Source: an uncultured Candidatus Saccharibacteria bacterium
Lineage (GTDB): Bacteria > Patescibacteriota > Dojkabacteria > J137 > JAEUSD01
Length of the DNA stretch: 61,117 bases
Reading direction: 5' to 3'
Assembly (NCBI GenBank): GCA_964446595.1
Contig: CAYUPY010000001.1
Location: 4,450-65,566, forward strand
Position numbers and translations under genes: made by a program. The notes under the pieces were generated by a model that was not told where the DNA came from, did no database searches, and worked only from the letters and a program-made list of their open reading frames with translations. The stretch's first letter is position 1; the number at the start of each line of letters is the position of its first letter. Positions 9,197-18,902 of this stretch are shown here, piece by piece.

Positions 9197-9739
9197 TTAA
9201 TATCTCGGACTATATTTATTATAACCCCTACCTTCAAAATCTCCTCTTAACAGACTACAGTAGACTGATCCAGCAGAAGTAGCACAACTTCCATAGTATC
9301 TTCTTCCTGATTCGTAGCGCTGCTCAGGGGTTGAATTTACACTCATACCTGGCACGCGATCCTTAATTAAGTTCATTGCTCCACAAATTGCGTTACCGAT
9401 GTGCGCCGGGCAGATGTTTTGGCCTGGTTGATTGACGGAGACACCTAACTGCTCGGCGCAACTCAGCACTTTATTATATGCATGGCCCGAGGCGGAAAAG
9501 TACTCAAAAATTGTACCGGCTTGTAAAGTTTTGTCTGGACAGAACTGACCAGGTCCCACACAACTCAGACTGTTTACGAGTTCTTTATACTGATTAGGAT
9601 TACCTCCATAGATAGTGGCAATATCAAAACTAGGAGGTTGATTTACGCCAGCATACTCCACTTCAATAATTGAGTTAATTAGGCCGGGATCCACGCCTAC
9701 GATATTGGCCGCACTAGCAATCATTTCCGTTAAGCTACT
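9197..9739 (-). other. divergent lytic transglycosylase / lysozyme-like C-terminal module of the giant protein
   Basis: AANIVGVDPGLINSIIEVEYAG (Glu1922) resembles the SLT catalytic motif (..ES..). A Cys-rich tail follows. Confidence 0.4.
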
Positions 9740-12700
9740 GTAGTTATTATTCGGTGAAGCATTGGCATTACCAGGTAAACAATTAAATACACTTAAAATA
9801 GGTGCATTACTTCCCGGAGGGGTTTCGGTCTCAGGAACTTTACAAACCAATGGACCTTCTTGCTCTGTTGGTTGAATTGACACACTGCCAGAACATCCAT
9901 TGTTGCCATCATTTGAGCCACAACCAAGCGCGTTAGAGAAAGCCATCATATCAATAGAGCGCCCAGGGCTTGTGTTGTCTGTAAATTCCATGTGAATATG
10001 GCGTTTGTTATCCGGGTCCGTCTGCACACTTTTACATGTGGTGGAGTTCACATTTTTACCATCAATCGTGCGATCCCCAATGCGGGACATGACACTAATC
10101 TTTTGACCTTTTCTAAATTGCTGACCCTCATTTACAATTCTATTACCACTTTCATCTACTAGTTTTACATGATAGAACAGCATTGTGACTGTCTGTCCAT
10201 TAACTTCACCCTCGAAGAAAAGCCCATCTCCAGCATGAAAAGGCCTATTGCCCGAAGAATCCGCCCTACAATAGTTACCTATTAAACTTTTAACACGCCC
10301 ATCAAATGGAGCGATTAAATCATATGATACGGTAGAGGAGACTAAGTCCACGGCATTCATATTAGTAACATTCCCATTTTCATCAACACGAGTGTGGGAA
10401 AAAGTACCGGTAGGCCCTTGGATACAATAACCGGCTGGCACAGGACAAACGCCGACTGTGCCTAACACTGGATCTGTGCCAGCCTCAGTGTCTGAGCCAC
10501 CACTTCCGTCACTACCTAAATCTACGCCTAGAAACTGATATCGCCAGCGGGGACCAGTTTCTCCTGGTCGCCCTGGCCAGTAGACTGTTCCGTCTTCTAA
10601 AAGCTTTCCTTGATCCACATTCTCATTGTAACCGCCAGCCGAATACATCTGAGATGAACCACCCCCGTCAAGAGCTAACGCATAGTCCAATCCTAAGCTT
10701 CGAGAGATATTGATCATTCCAACCAAATCAGCAGCATTAACTACCACAAACACAAAGTTGCTACCTCCTGACTTCCATCCTACTATTGTTCTAGGCGAGA
10801 AATCGTTTGAAATACCCCGATAAGCGTCTATTTGGTCTGCGGGCACTGCCTGTTGGCCATTAGCTACTAATAAAGGCACTCCTGTAACTGCAAACTCGGA
10901 AATTGAGTTAATATAGTTGCGTTTTTGCAAATTGAAGTCCGAGGAAGCTTGTACATCTACGATTGCAAAATCCCCGGCAACGGCAATAATATTTCTACTG
11001 GGATCCGGCCCCGAAACGGAGCCGTCATGTTTGATTAAAGCATGCTCGATTCCACGCGGAGTATCGTTATAGCTCACATCTCCTTGCCCTCCAAAGATTC
11101 CTTCAGGGGCATTAATGTAAGCTGCAAAGTTGGTGTTTATTGCAATGTCTATGCCATAATCGCTAGCAAAGTTAGTGATTTTTACCTGAGAACTAGCTTG
11201 AGAAGCAGGTATCGCCTTAAATTCGACACCACTGGTAGGAAATTCTGCTACTACACCTGTAAAGCCTGATACCTTCTCTTGAAGTGCAGAAATGTATTCA
11301 CTACTGCCAGGGCTTGGGTTAAGCGGAGAATTACCACCATTTTCGGGAGTATTACCAAGCTCAGGATAAGTACACTGAAGAGAGCAGACCTCACTGGTGA
11401 CGTTATATCCTTTCTCACACAAATATATCCCGAGATTACTTTCCTGGAAACCTGCTGACCCAGGGTCGGCGTAAGGAGCAATACAATTTTCTTTGCCAAC
11501 CAAGTTATTCGGTAACTCCTCGCAAGGTAAGTATCCCAAATTAGCCATTGCCACATCCAATGGTACAGTAGGCTCGGCAATTAGAAGCTGATCAAGCTTA
11601 TGTAACTCATCAAACCAACCTAGCTGCTCGTAGTACTGATACTCACGCAAAAAGTTATCCACTTCGGTTAGGTACATATTGTAATTTTCAAAATATGTAC
11701 CAGGAATACCAATATCATTACCACCACCAACGCGAGAACCACCATCCACTGGACGAGTAGCATCACAGTTTTGCTCTAAGGCAAGTGCACCTTTATCTGA
11801 AAGTGAGAAACTCTCCCAAGCCGTATTAGCATTAGTCCAATTGAAACCTAGAGCGAATAATACTTTTTCATCCGCCAAAAGCTCCCCTACCACCCGGCTA
11901 CTTTGGGCCGGGTCCCTGCTACCTTGTTCAAGCGCTACAGCAACACCAGTCTCCGTAATACAGAAATCCATATCGCCTAGTCCAGGAATGCCTTTTATGG
12001 CAGATAACCTATCACCTACAGGCACCCCACCGTCTTCGTATATATTCGCTGCTACACATACAAAATCACTAGCAATACTACTTGCCCCATACGCGTTTAC
12101 GAATTCAGTAATATTATCTACAAAAGTATCTACCCCGTCGTTATAAGTACCATTAAACGCAGGAGTGGTGATCTTAACTTCATTGCTACCATTTAAATTG
12201 GAGCGTAAAGTAGAGGCACAGCTCTTAGCCCAGGAAGCTTCTTGGGCCATCGTACCCTCAAAATCCGTTTTTGGTTCATTGTGTCCGCAGGAAACATATA
12301 TTTCGCTGCCACAATTTACCTGATTAATAATGCTGGCTATGTATCTACCTTGCTCAGTACCTGAACTAAAACCACATCTACCTCTCACACATGAGCCTAG
12401 TACTGGAATAAGTGCCCCACCTTCTGGACTACACATACTATTTAGCGTTCGCACTACGCCATCGACTGTCTCTGAGGTGCCGTCAACAGCGTTCGGGCCA
12501 TGTAAAATCACATGTCCGTAGCCGTAACCTTTGCCCTCACCATTTAAGTTCGCGGCTTCACTAATTTGATCATCATTCAATCCGCTAGCGTATATTCCAA
12601 ACTTCAGCCCCACACGACAAGCATTAGTTGAAGAGTCACTTGCGGCGCCGGCAACCACGCCGGTGCCGCTTGCCGGCGCCGGCGTACTGTAAGCAGTTAC

Positions 12701-15421
12701 ATCAGGTTCTGGTACATTAATACCACCAAAATCATAAGTCTCTAAGAAATTATTCTCACGTGCTCCATCAATTGCCCGTGGTTTAAACCACGGCGGAACA
12801 GAGTAAGCCTTCACAGACACATCAGCTTCCCAGCCTAAATTTCGATTTGCTACTAACCTTAAGTTTAACGAAGACAATCGACGCTGCACTCTACTGTAAA
12901 GAGCATAAAGTGAATCATATGCTCCTTCAATGTTGTAACGAGGTAAAGAATCGAACCCTGCTTTCACAAAAAAGTCAGATTCTTCATATGAGTCAAGACT
13001 ATCAACTCCCTCCCCGCCTCGATAACGTACACACTGACCACCATTTACTACCTCTTGTGTTGTTTGACAACCGTTGCGAATAGCAGTGCTATCCCCGATT
13101 GCACGTCTATCAGGGTTGCCTTCATAGTTACGGTTATCAGTTTGGCCATCTAGGTTAGCATCGTAATAACATGGACAAACCGTAGCGTTGCCAGCGTTGG
13201 CTGTTAGTTCATATATTTGTTTAGAAGAAAATAGACTTCCCCCATTACGTGTGCGGTGTTGATATTCCTCCCAAGCCAATTGGTTAGCACCTTTAGCAAA
13301 AACGCGCGTTTCTTCCAGAATCATCTCTGAACCATAAATCATATTCTGGGGGTTACGGGATACGTGAGTAATCGGAGATGGCACATCTGTCTTAATCCGC
13401 GTATCAGCTGTATAGTCAAGTTGATTAAAGTTAGTAATACCTTCAATATCGTCTATAAAGTATTTACTGACACACACATCGCGCCCAATACATAAAGCAA
13501 ATTCATCTAGCACATTTGTTGGCGCCTGGCTGTCAGGGGACCACGCTGCTGCATATTGAAATTTATCATCCTCAGCTTCAGTTTCAGCTAAAGTATTTGC
13601 AACTGTAGCTCCCCCAAACTGTACATTAGCTTCACCACTGGCGAAATGTGAATTAATATCTATAGGATCGGCTGGAGCGGTGGTATTCGTATAATCGGGG
13701 AAATGGGCATTCAAACATGTATGTAACCATGGCAGCATATAACGATTTGCATCAACATCCTCTGCATATACACCCTCACTAGTAAGACCAGTTGTGGAAA
13801 GTCTTCCCGCGTTCTGGTTCATGTAATCAAGCGGAACCTGATAACGCTTAGTAGCCGCAATAGCTGGTGGGGTATAGGGCATACTGTCGGTGCCTAACGG
13901 TGAATTACTACCACAATGCTTAACCGGTAATCCAACCTTCACAGTATATCGCACAACTGCTTCACAAAATCCGCCTTCTCCCCCAGCAGTCTGACCAGAA
14001 CATACTACTCGAGTTAAGGCCTCTGCCTGATTGGGACGCTTAGTAAGTGGAGTAGTGGCAGCTACTTTGGCAAATGAACGTTCGTCGTAATCCATACCAT
14101 AATCCACAATGTCATAATTACAGTTAGTGCCCTCTAGAACCAAGCGCTGTAAGTTAACCGGGCCTGCGAAAATGTCGTCCATTGCATCTGACATAATCAC
14201 TCCAGCAATACGTGGATCATCGCTGAGTTCACCATAACTGTAAGCCAACCTTTCTTTTAGGATATTGTTGTCGATTCTCTGACCGTTTTTAAACTTTGTA
14301 TCCCCATTTGCTGACTGGTCTGCGGGGCCAAAGTCACCCACAATCACTCTTTGTACAATACCGTTCTCTTCGTAGTTTCTGATTAAATCATTCAGAAAAT
14401 TCTGCTGATACGCAAACAGTGGACGTCTTTCTAAATCTGAATTGTCCTGATCCACAGGCGCTGTTTGTCCCTCCTGAGTTACCTGAGTAAACTTAAAATT
14501 CACATCAAAGTCTTCCCAGTTAATAAAATAGAAATCAAAGAGTAAGGGGGTAACATCAAACTCACTGGTACTATTACCAAAAGCAAACATTCTATCGGCA
14601 AAAACCTTTAACTGATCATTAATTTTAATACAAGAACTCTCATCATCGGAGCCACCACACTGACGACTTTCGTACAACATAGGAGTAGTAGTTGCTACAT
14701 CTTCTTTCTCTTCGTGGTCAAACAATGCATTACCAACCTCAGCCATCTGGGTACCAATAAACTGGCCCGCGCTAGGCACGCCTAGCGCGGCCTTGTTCTG
14801 GTTTGCTAACTGAAAATCTATGGCTAGCGTGGCAATAAACTTACTGTCAGCTGTCCGTTCGTTAAGCTGATTGTAGAAATTGATTAAAGCTTCTGTGTTA
14901 AAAAAGTCAGTATCACCTGAAGTACCCACCCGAATAATAGGCTTTAAATTCTCGCGACGAGCTGATTTCACAAAGTCAACTGCCTTTGGCAACTCACTAG
15001 ATTTATTAAAGACGCCTACAACGTAACTCATGCCGATACTAGAGTACTCAATCATTCTGACGTTACGTCCGTTTGCGTCGAGACTAATGGTTGAGGCATT
15101 AGGATGCACGTCCCCTAATTTATTCTGACAGCGATGATAATTGTCCGAAATATAGCTATGACGGTTATAAAAGTTTTCATCTTCAGGATCAATTTCTTGC
15201 GAGGTTAGCTGCACACTTATGTCTCCCAGACTAAAGTTGGAAGCTGGCGGCGCTGCCATATTGCCAAATAAGGCCAGCGCCGCCACAAAAAACACACCCG
15301 TAACCACTGTCTTAGCCGTCCTCCCTAATTGAAGACCGGAAGCATCTAGCACATCTTCTCCCTCAAGCAAATCAATCATTGTCTGGCCGATACCTTTTTG
15401 TTTAAACTTTCCGCGAAACAT
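9197..15421 (-). CDS. giant (2074 aa) membrane-anchored, Cys-rich surface protein with several glycan and peptidoglycan hydrolase-like modules
   Basis: 6.2-kb uninterrupted ORF with an N-terminal TM segment (VVTGVFFVAALALFGNMAA). Module motifs are listed as separate features. Confidence 0.85.
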   Translation of the reverse strand: MFRGKFKQKGIGQTMIDLLEGEDVLDASGLQLGRTAKTVVTGVFFVAALALFGNMAAPPASNFSLGDISVQLTSQEIDPEDENFYNRHSYISDNYHRCQNKLGDVHPNASTISLDANGRNVRMIEYSSIGMSYVVGVFNKSSELPKAVDFVKSARRENLKPIIRVGTSGDTDFFNTEALINFYNQLNERTADSKFIATLAIDFQLANQNKAALGVPSAGQFIGTQMAEVGNALFDHEEKEDVATTTPMLYESRQCGGSDDESSCIKINDQLKVFADRMFAFGNSTSEFDVTPLLFDFYFINWEDFDVNFKFTQVTQEGQTAPVDQDNSDLERRPLFAYQQNFLNDLIRNYEENGIVQRVIVGDFGPADQSANGDTKFKNGQRIDNNILKERLAYSYGELSDDPRIAGVIMSDAMDDIFAGPVNLQRLVLEGTNCNYDIVDYGMDYDERSFAKVAATTPLTKRPNQAEALTRVVCSGQTAGGEGGFCEAVVRYTVKVGLPVKHCGSNSPLGTDSMPYTPPAIAATKRYQVPLDYMNQNAGRLSTTGLTSEGVYAEDVDANRYMLPWLHTCLNAHFPDYTNTTAPADPIDINSHFASGEANVQFGGATVANTLAETEAEDDKFQYAAAWSPDSQAPTNVLDEFALCIGRDVCVSKYFIDDIEGITNFNQLDYTADTRIKTDVPSPITHVSRNPQNMIYGSEMILEETRVFAKGANQLAWEEYQHRTRNGGSLFSSKQIYELTANAGNATVCPCYYDANLDGQTDNRNYEGNPDRRAIGDSTAIRNGCQTTQEVVNGGQCVRYRGGEGVDSLDSYEESDFFVKAGFDSLPRYNIEGAYDSLYALYSRVQRRLSSLNLRLVANRNLGWEADVSVKAYSVPPWFKPRAIDGARENNFLETYDFGGINVPEPDVTAYSTPAPASGTGVVAGAASDSSTNACRVGLKFGIYASGLNDDQISEAANLNGEGKGYGYGHVILHGPNAVDGTSETVDGVVRTLNSMCSPEGGALIPVLGSCVRGRCGFSSGTEQGRYIASIINQVNCGSEIYVSCGHNEPKTDFEGTMAQEASWAKSCASTLRSNLNGSNEVKITTPAFNGTYNDGVDTFVDNITEFVNAYGASSIASDFVCVAANIYEDGGVPVGDRLSAIKGIPGLGDMDFCITETGVAVALEQGSRDPAQSSRVVGELLADEKVLFALGFNWTNANTAWESFSLSDKGALALEQNCDATRPVDGGSRVGGGNDIGIPGTYFENYNMYLTEVDNFLREYQYYEQLGWFDELHKLDQLLIAEPTVPLDVAMANLGYLPCEELPNNLVGKENCIAPYADPGSAGFQESNLGIYLCEKGYNVTSEVCSLQCTYPELGNTPENGGNSPLNPSPGSSEYISALQEKVSGFTGVVAEFPTSGVEFKAIPASQASSQVKITNFASDYGIDIAINTNFAAYINAPEGIFGGQGDVSYNDTPRGIEHALIKHDGSVSGPDPSRNIIAVAGDFAIVDVQASSDFNLQKRNYINSISEFAVTGVPLLVANGQQAVPADQIDAYRGISNDFSPRTIVGWKSGGSNFVFVVVNAADLVGMINISRSLGLDYALALDGGGSSQMYSAGGYNENVDQGKLLEDGTVYWPGRPGETGPRWRYQFLGVDLGSDGSGGSDTEAGTDPVLGTVGVCPVPAGYCIQGPTGTFSHTRVDENGNVTNMNAVDLVSSTVSYDLIAPFDGRVKSLIGNYCRADSSGNRPFHAGDGLFFEGEVNGQTVTMLFYHVKLVDESGNRIVNEGQQFRKGQKISVMSRIGDRTIDGKNVNSTTCKSVQTDPDNKRHIHMEFTDNTSPGRSIDMMAFSNALGCGSNDGNNGCSGSVSIQPTEQEGPLVCKVPETETPPGSNAPILSVFNCLPGNANASPNNNYSSLTEMIASAANIVGVDPGLINSIIEVEYAGVNQPPSFDIATIYGGNPNQYKELVNSLSCVGPGQFCPDKTLQAGTIFEYFSASGHAYNKVLSCAEQLGVSVNQPGQNICPAHIGNAICGAMNLIKDRVPGMSVNSTPEQRYESGRRYYGSCATSAGSVYCSLLRGDFEGRGYNKYSPRY
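9962..10354 (-). other. M23/LytM-type metallopeptidase module of the giant protein
   Basis: FHAGDG (His1729, Asp1732; HxxxD) and HIHMEF (His1808, His1810; HxH). Confidence 0.65.
10622..11227 (-). other. phosphodiester glycosidase (NAGPA/DUF2233)-like module of the giant protein
   Basis: ALALDGGGSSQMY signature (Asp1585), preceded by a region of about 190 aa. Confidence 0.5.
11762..12634 (-). other. clan GH-A-like TIM-barrel glycosidase module of the giant protein
   Basis: CGHNEP (Glu1049) and FCITETG (Glu1157) lie 108 residues apart. This is the acid/base and nucleophile pattern of clan GH-A. Confidence 0.45.
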
Positions 15422-15493
15422 AGAAGTTAACTTTCTGTATAGTTTACTAGAAAACTAACTTAAAGCCTAAAACTTTGATAAGATATTTGTGAA

Positions 15494-16183
15494 ATGCTGC
15501 AATTATCACACTTTGGATCCGCTAAACCTTTTAGCTGGACTAATAAGCATCTAGTACAATTGTTAACACAAGGTAAAAACCCTGTGTTGACTGACCCTTT
15601 TATTATAAATGCTTTTCGTAAAATCGACCGCGGTGACTTTCTTCCAGAAAGTCACCGCGAACTGGCCTACCATGATCGCTTAATCAATATCGGATTTGGA
15701 CAAGTGAGCACAAATCCTACATTGGTTGCCCGTAAACTACAGATTCTTAATCCCAAATTTGGAGGCCGCTATTTGCATATTGGTACGGGTATGGGGTACT
15801 TTGCAACTCTGCTGAGCTTTCTAATTGGGGACACTGGCACAGTCTACTCTATGGAACGTAATCAATGGTTGTGGGAAGAGGCGCGTAAACGCAGTACGCC
15901 ATATCGGGAAAAAGACAATCTTGATCTACAAATACTTTATCGCAATGGCAGCGATGGACTCCCTCAAAAAGCACCATTCGATGGGATCATATTCTCTTTT
16001 GTCCCAAATGAATTTCCCCGACACATGCTAGAGCAACTAGCAGTTGGGGGTATGATGATGCTTCCTACACCACAACACACACTTCATATTGTGACCCGCT
16101 CCAATATTAATAACTTTGAAGAGGAAGTGCTTACTGGATTTAACGCCTACGCGTACGGCAAACAAGAACTAGGGATTGACTAA
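15494..16183 (+). CDS. pcm: protein-L-isoaspartate O-methyltransferase family protein
   Basis: RGDFLPE, QVSTNPTLVARKLQ, and the SAM motif YLHIGTGMGYFATLL. Confidence 0.8.
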   Translation: MLQLSHFGSAKPFSWTNKHLVQLLTQGKNPVLTDPFIINAFRKIDRGDFLPESHRELAYHDRLINIGFGQVSTNPTLVARKLQILNPKFGGRYLHIGTGMGYFATLLSFLIGDTGTVYSMERNQWLWEEARKRSTPYREKDNLDLQILYRNGSDGLPQKAPFDGIIFSFVPNEFPRHMLEQLAVGGMMMLPTPQHTLHIVTRSNINNFEEEVLTGFNAYAYGKQELGID

Positions 16184-16348
16184 GTTTCTTAAGCCCGATT
16201 ACACTTTTAAGCCTGATTAGCAGAAGAATCATAACGGGCCAAATGTGATAGTGCCTTTAATTTCCCATTAGACTTTCAAAGAGATACAAAACTCGTAAAT
16301 ACCAGTAAGCTTTTTGCACTTGCATATTGTCAGATAACGCATTAAAAT

Positions 16349-16375
16349 TTAGCAGTATCATTAATTGAGTGCTAA
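16349..16375 (+). promoter_or_regulatory. CIRCE-like inverted repeat (HrcA operator type)
   Basis: TTAGCAGTA-N9-GAGTGCTAA against the consensus TTAGCACTC-N9-GAGTGCTAA. The right arm is perfect and the left arm matches 7 of 9. It ends 7 nt before the clpC ATG. Confidence 0.6.
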
Positions 16376-16382
16376 AAACTAT

Positions 16383-18902
16383 ATGCAACTATCGGATCTA
16401 TTTTCAGAAAGAACTAATCGGGCACTACAAGAAGCGGCCCAATTTGCTGTGGAACACGGTCAACGAAGTATTGATACCGAACATATCCTATACGGGTTAG
16501 CCCAAGATGGAAGCGTAATGCAGAGGATATTTAAGGAACTAGATATAGAAGTAGCGGAGCTACTTACTCAGGTTGGAAATCTTGTGGCGCGTGGTGGTGT
16601 GCAAGGTACAACTCCGAGACTTAGTCCACGCGCCGCTCAAGCAATTCAACTTGCATATGAAGAAGCTTTGGATTTAAAACACAAATATATTGGAACTGAG
16701 CATTTGTTTTTAGGCTTACTGTTGGAAGGCGAAGGCTTAGCTGCCCAGCTTTTGCGTAAATCTGGAGTTACCCAAGCGAAGGCTCGTGATGCAGTAGTTA
16801 AAGTAGTAGGAGAGGGTGGACTTAAAGGAGAGGGCGAGGAAGTAGCAACAGGTGAAAGCCAGACTCCTACCCTAGACCAGTTCGCTAAGGATTTAACAGA
16901 TTTCGCTGCTCAAAATAAAATAGACCCTGTAATTGGCCGTAGCGATGAGATTACACGCGTAATTGAGATTTTGTCCAGACGCAAAAAGAATAATCCTGTA
17001 TTAATAGGAGAGCCAGGTGTAGGAAAAACCGCAATCGTAGAAGGGTTGGCTGTCCGGATTCAGAGTGGAAATGTACCAGACATACTAAAAGGTAAAAGAA
17101 TCAAAGCTCTGGATTTGGGGATGTTGTTAGCTGGTTCAAAGTATCGGGGAGAATTCGAAGAAAGGGCCAAAAAAATGATAGACGAGGTAGAACAAAGTGA
17201 CCGTAAAATCATTTTATTTATTGATGAGTTGCATACGATTGTTGGGTCTGGCGCGCGCGAGGGCGAGCTAGATCTTTCCAACATGCTAAAACCCGCCCTA
17301 GCGCGCGGCGGCATGCAAATCATTGGTGCTACTACCCTTAGTGAATACCAGAAATACATTGAAAAAGATGCCGCTTTAGAGCGTCGCTTTCAACCAGTCA
17401 TTGTAGATGAACCCACAGTAGATGAGACAATTCAAATCCTTCAAGGGATTAAGGAACGCTACGAGGCTCACCATAAATTGAAGATCAAAGACTCCGCCTT
17501 AAAAGCAGCGGCCAATCTAGCCGATCGCTATATTAAAGACCGTTTTATGCCAGACAAGGCAATTGACGTTATTGATGAGGCAGCTAGTCGCGTTAGATTG
17601 CGATTTACTAGTGAACCGGAGGAGATTTCTAAGCTACGTGTAGAAATTAAGAAACTGGAGACTGAAAGAGAAGCCTTAACAAGAGCAAATATGCACAAGG
17701 AAGCTGCAGAAACTAAAGTAGAAATCGAAAAACTCAAAGAACAACTTGAACCTATGCTAGAGGAGCTAGCCAGAGAACGAGGTACTGACACACCCGAGGT
17801 GCGGGTACATGATGTACAGGAAGTAATCTCTAGAATGACAGGCGTTCCAGTTACTGATCTTACAACTCAAGACGAATCTGACTTGGCAAATCTAGAAAAG
17901 CGCTTACATGAGCGCATTATTGGTCAAGATGAGGCTGTTACATTAGTCGCACAAGCCGTGCGCAGAGCTCGAGTAGGACTTAAGGACCCTAAGAGGCCTA
18001 TCGCCAGCTTTCTATTCTTAGGACCTACTGGTGTTGGAAAAACCGAGCTAGCAAAGGCTTTGGCAGAGACCGTATTTGGTGATGAGAACAATATCATCCG
18101 TCTAGATATGAGTGAATACATGGAAAAGTTTGCAGTTTCGCGCCTAATTGGCTCTCCACCAGGCTATGTTGGCTTTGAAGAGGGTGGACAATTAACTGAA
18201 CAGGTAAGGCGTAAGCCTTACTCATTAATCCTGCTAGATGAACTTGAAAAAGCTCATGCTGACGTATTTAATATCCTACTCCAAGTAATGGAAGATGGAA
18301 GATTAACAGATAGCAAAGGACGAGTGGTCGACTTCCGTAATACCATTATCATTGCCACCAGCAATCTGGGATCTGAGGTGATTTTAGAATTCTTACAAAA
18401 GCAAGATGAAGAACGTGTCGCTGCCGCAGATACTAATCAACCAGAAACAACTGAGACGGAAACTAAATACATTAAAACTAAGCCGGCCACTTCTCAAAAC
18501 GGTGATAGTATTATGAATAGCTGGAATAATCTTAAAACAGCTATTTTAAAAGTGTTGCAAAAGGCTTTCCGTCCTGAATTTGTAAACCGTTTCGATGAGA
18601 TAGTCATGTTTAAAGCACTTAGCATGGAGCAAATGGAAGGTATTGTTAAACTAATGCTTGATCGTACTGTTGAAATGCTTGCGGCACGTGACATCCAATT
18701 AGAAATCACAACGGATGCCGTAAAACATCTAGCTGCTATCAGTTATGATCCCGAGTTCGGAGCTCGCCCTGCACGTCGAACTATTCAACGTGAGGTAGAA
18801 AACAAACTTACCGAAAAGATTATTGCCGATGAAGTAAATGCAGGCGATAAGCTAAAACTCTCAGCACCTGAAGGCAACCTAACAATAGAGAAGATAACCT
18901 AA
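16383..18902 (+). CDS. clpC: ATP-dependent Clp/Hsp100 chaperone, ClpC-type (two Clp_N repeats, two AAA+ modules, short middle domain)
   Basis: Walker A motifs GEPGVGKTA and GPTGVGKTE, and a middle domain of about 65 aa. The ATG at 16383 is preferred over the TTG at 16365. Confidence 0.9.
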   Translation: MQLSDLFSERTNRALQEAAQFAVEHGQRSIDTEHILYGLAQDGSVMQRIFKELDIEVAELLTQVGNLVARGGVQGTTPRLSPRAAQAIQLAYEEALDLKHKYIGTEHLFLGLLLEGEGLAAQLLRKSGVTQAKARDAVVKVVGEGGLKGEGEEVATGESQTPTLDQFAKDLTDFAAQNKIDPVIGRSDEITRVIEILSRRKKNNPVLIGEPGVGKTAIVEGLAVRIQSGNVPDILKGKRIKALDLGMLLAGSKYRGEFEERAKKMIDEVEQSDRKIILFIDELHTIVGSGAREGELDLSNMLKPALARGGMQIIGATTLSEYQKYIEKDAALERRFQPVIVDEPTVDETIQILQGIKERYEAHHKLKIKDSALKAAANLADRYIKDRFMPDKAIDVIDEAASRVRLRFTSEPEEISKLRVEIKKLETEREALTRANMHKEAAETKVEIEKLKEQLEPMLEELARERGTDTPEVRVHDVQEVISRMTGVPVTDLTTQDESDLANLEKRLHERIIGQDEAVTLVAQAVRRARVGLKDPKRPIASFLFLGPTGVGKTELAKALAETVFGDENNIIRLDMSEYMEKFAVSRLIGSPPGYVGFEEGGQLTEQVRRKPYSLILLDELEKAHADVFNILLQVMEDGRLTDSKGRVVDFRNTIIIATSNLGSEVILEFLQKQDEERVAAADTNQPETTETETKYIKTKPATSQNGDSIMNSWNNLKTAILKVLQKAFRPEFVNRFDEIVMFKALSMEQMEGIVKLMLDRTVEMLAARDIQLEITTDAVKHLAAISYDPEFGARPARRTIQREVENKLTEKIIADEVNAGDKLKLSAPEGNLTIEKIT

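Noticed and set aside
11251-11580. Same-strand, out-of-frame and antisense ORFs inside the giant gene (11251..11580, 11042..11269, 11841..12146, 12330..12521, 12847..13083)
   Set aside because: They lie entirely within the 6.2-kb ORF, have odd composition and carry no motifs. They are typical shadow ORFs of a long gene.
16190-16240. Direct repeat TTAAGCC(C/T)GATTA x2 upstream of clpC, considered as a CtsR operator
   Set aside because: It does not resemble the CtsR heptad repeat (A/GGTCAAA-N-A-N-A/GGTCAAA). It sits just after the pcm stop, far from the clpC start.
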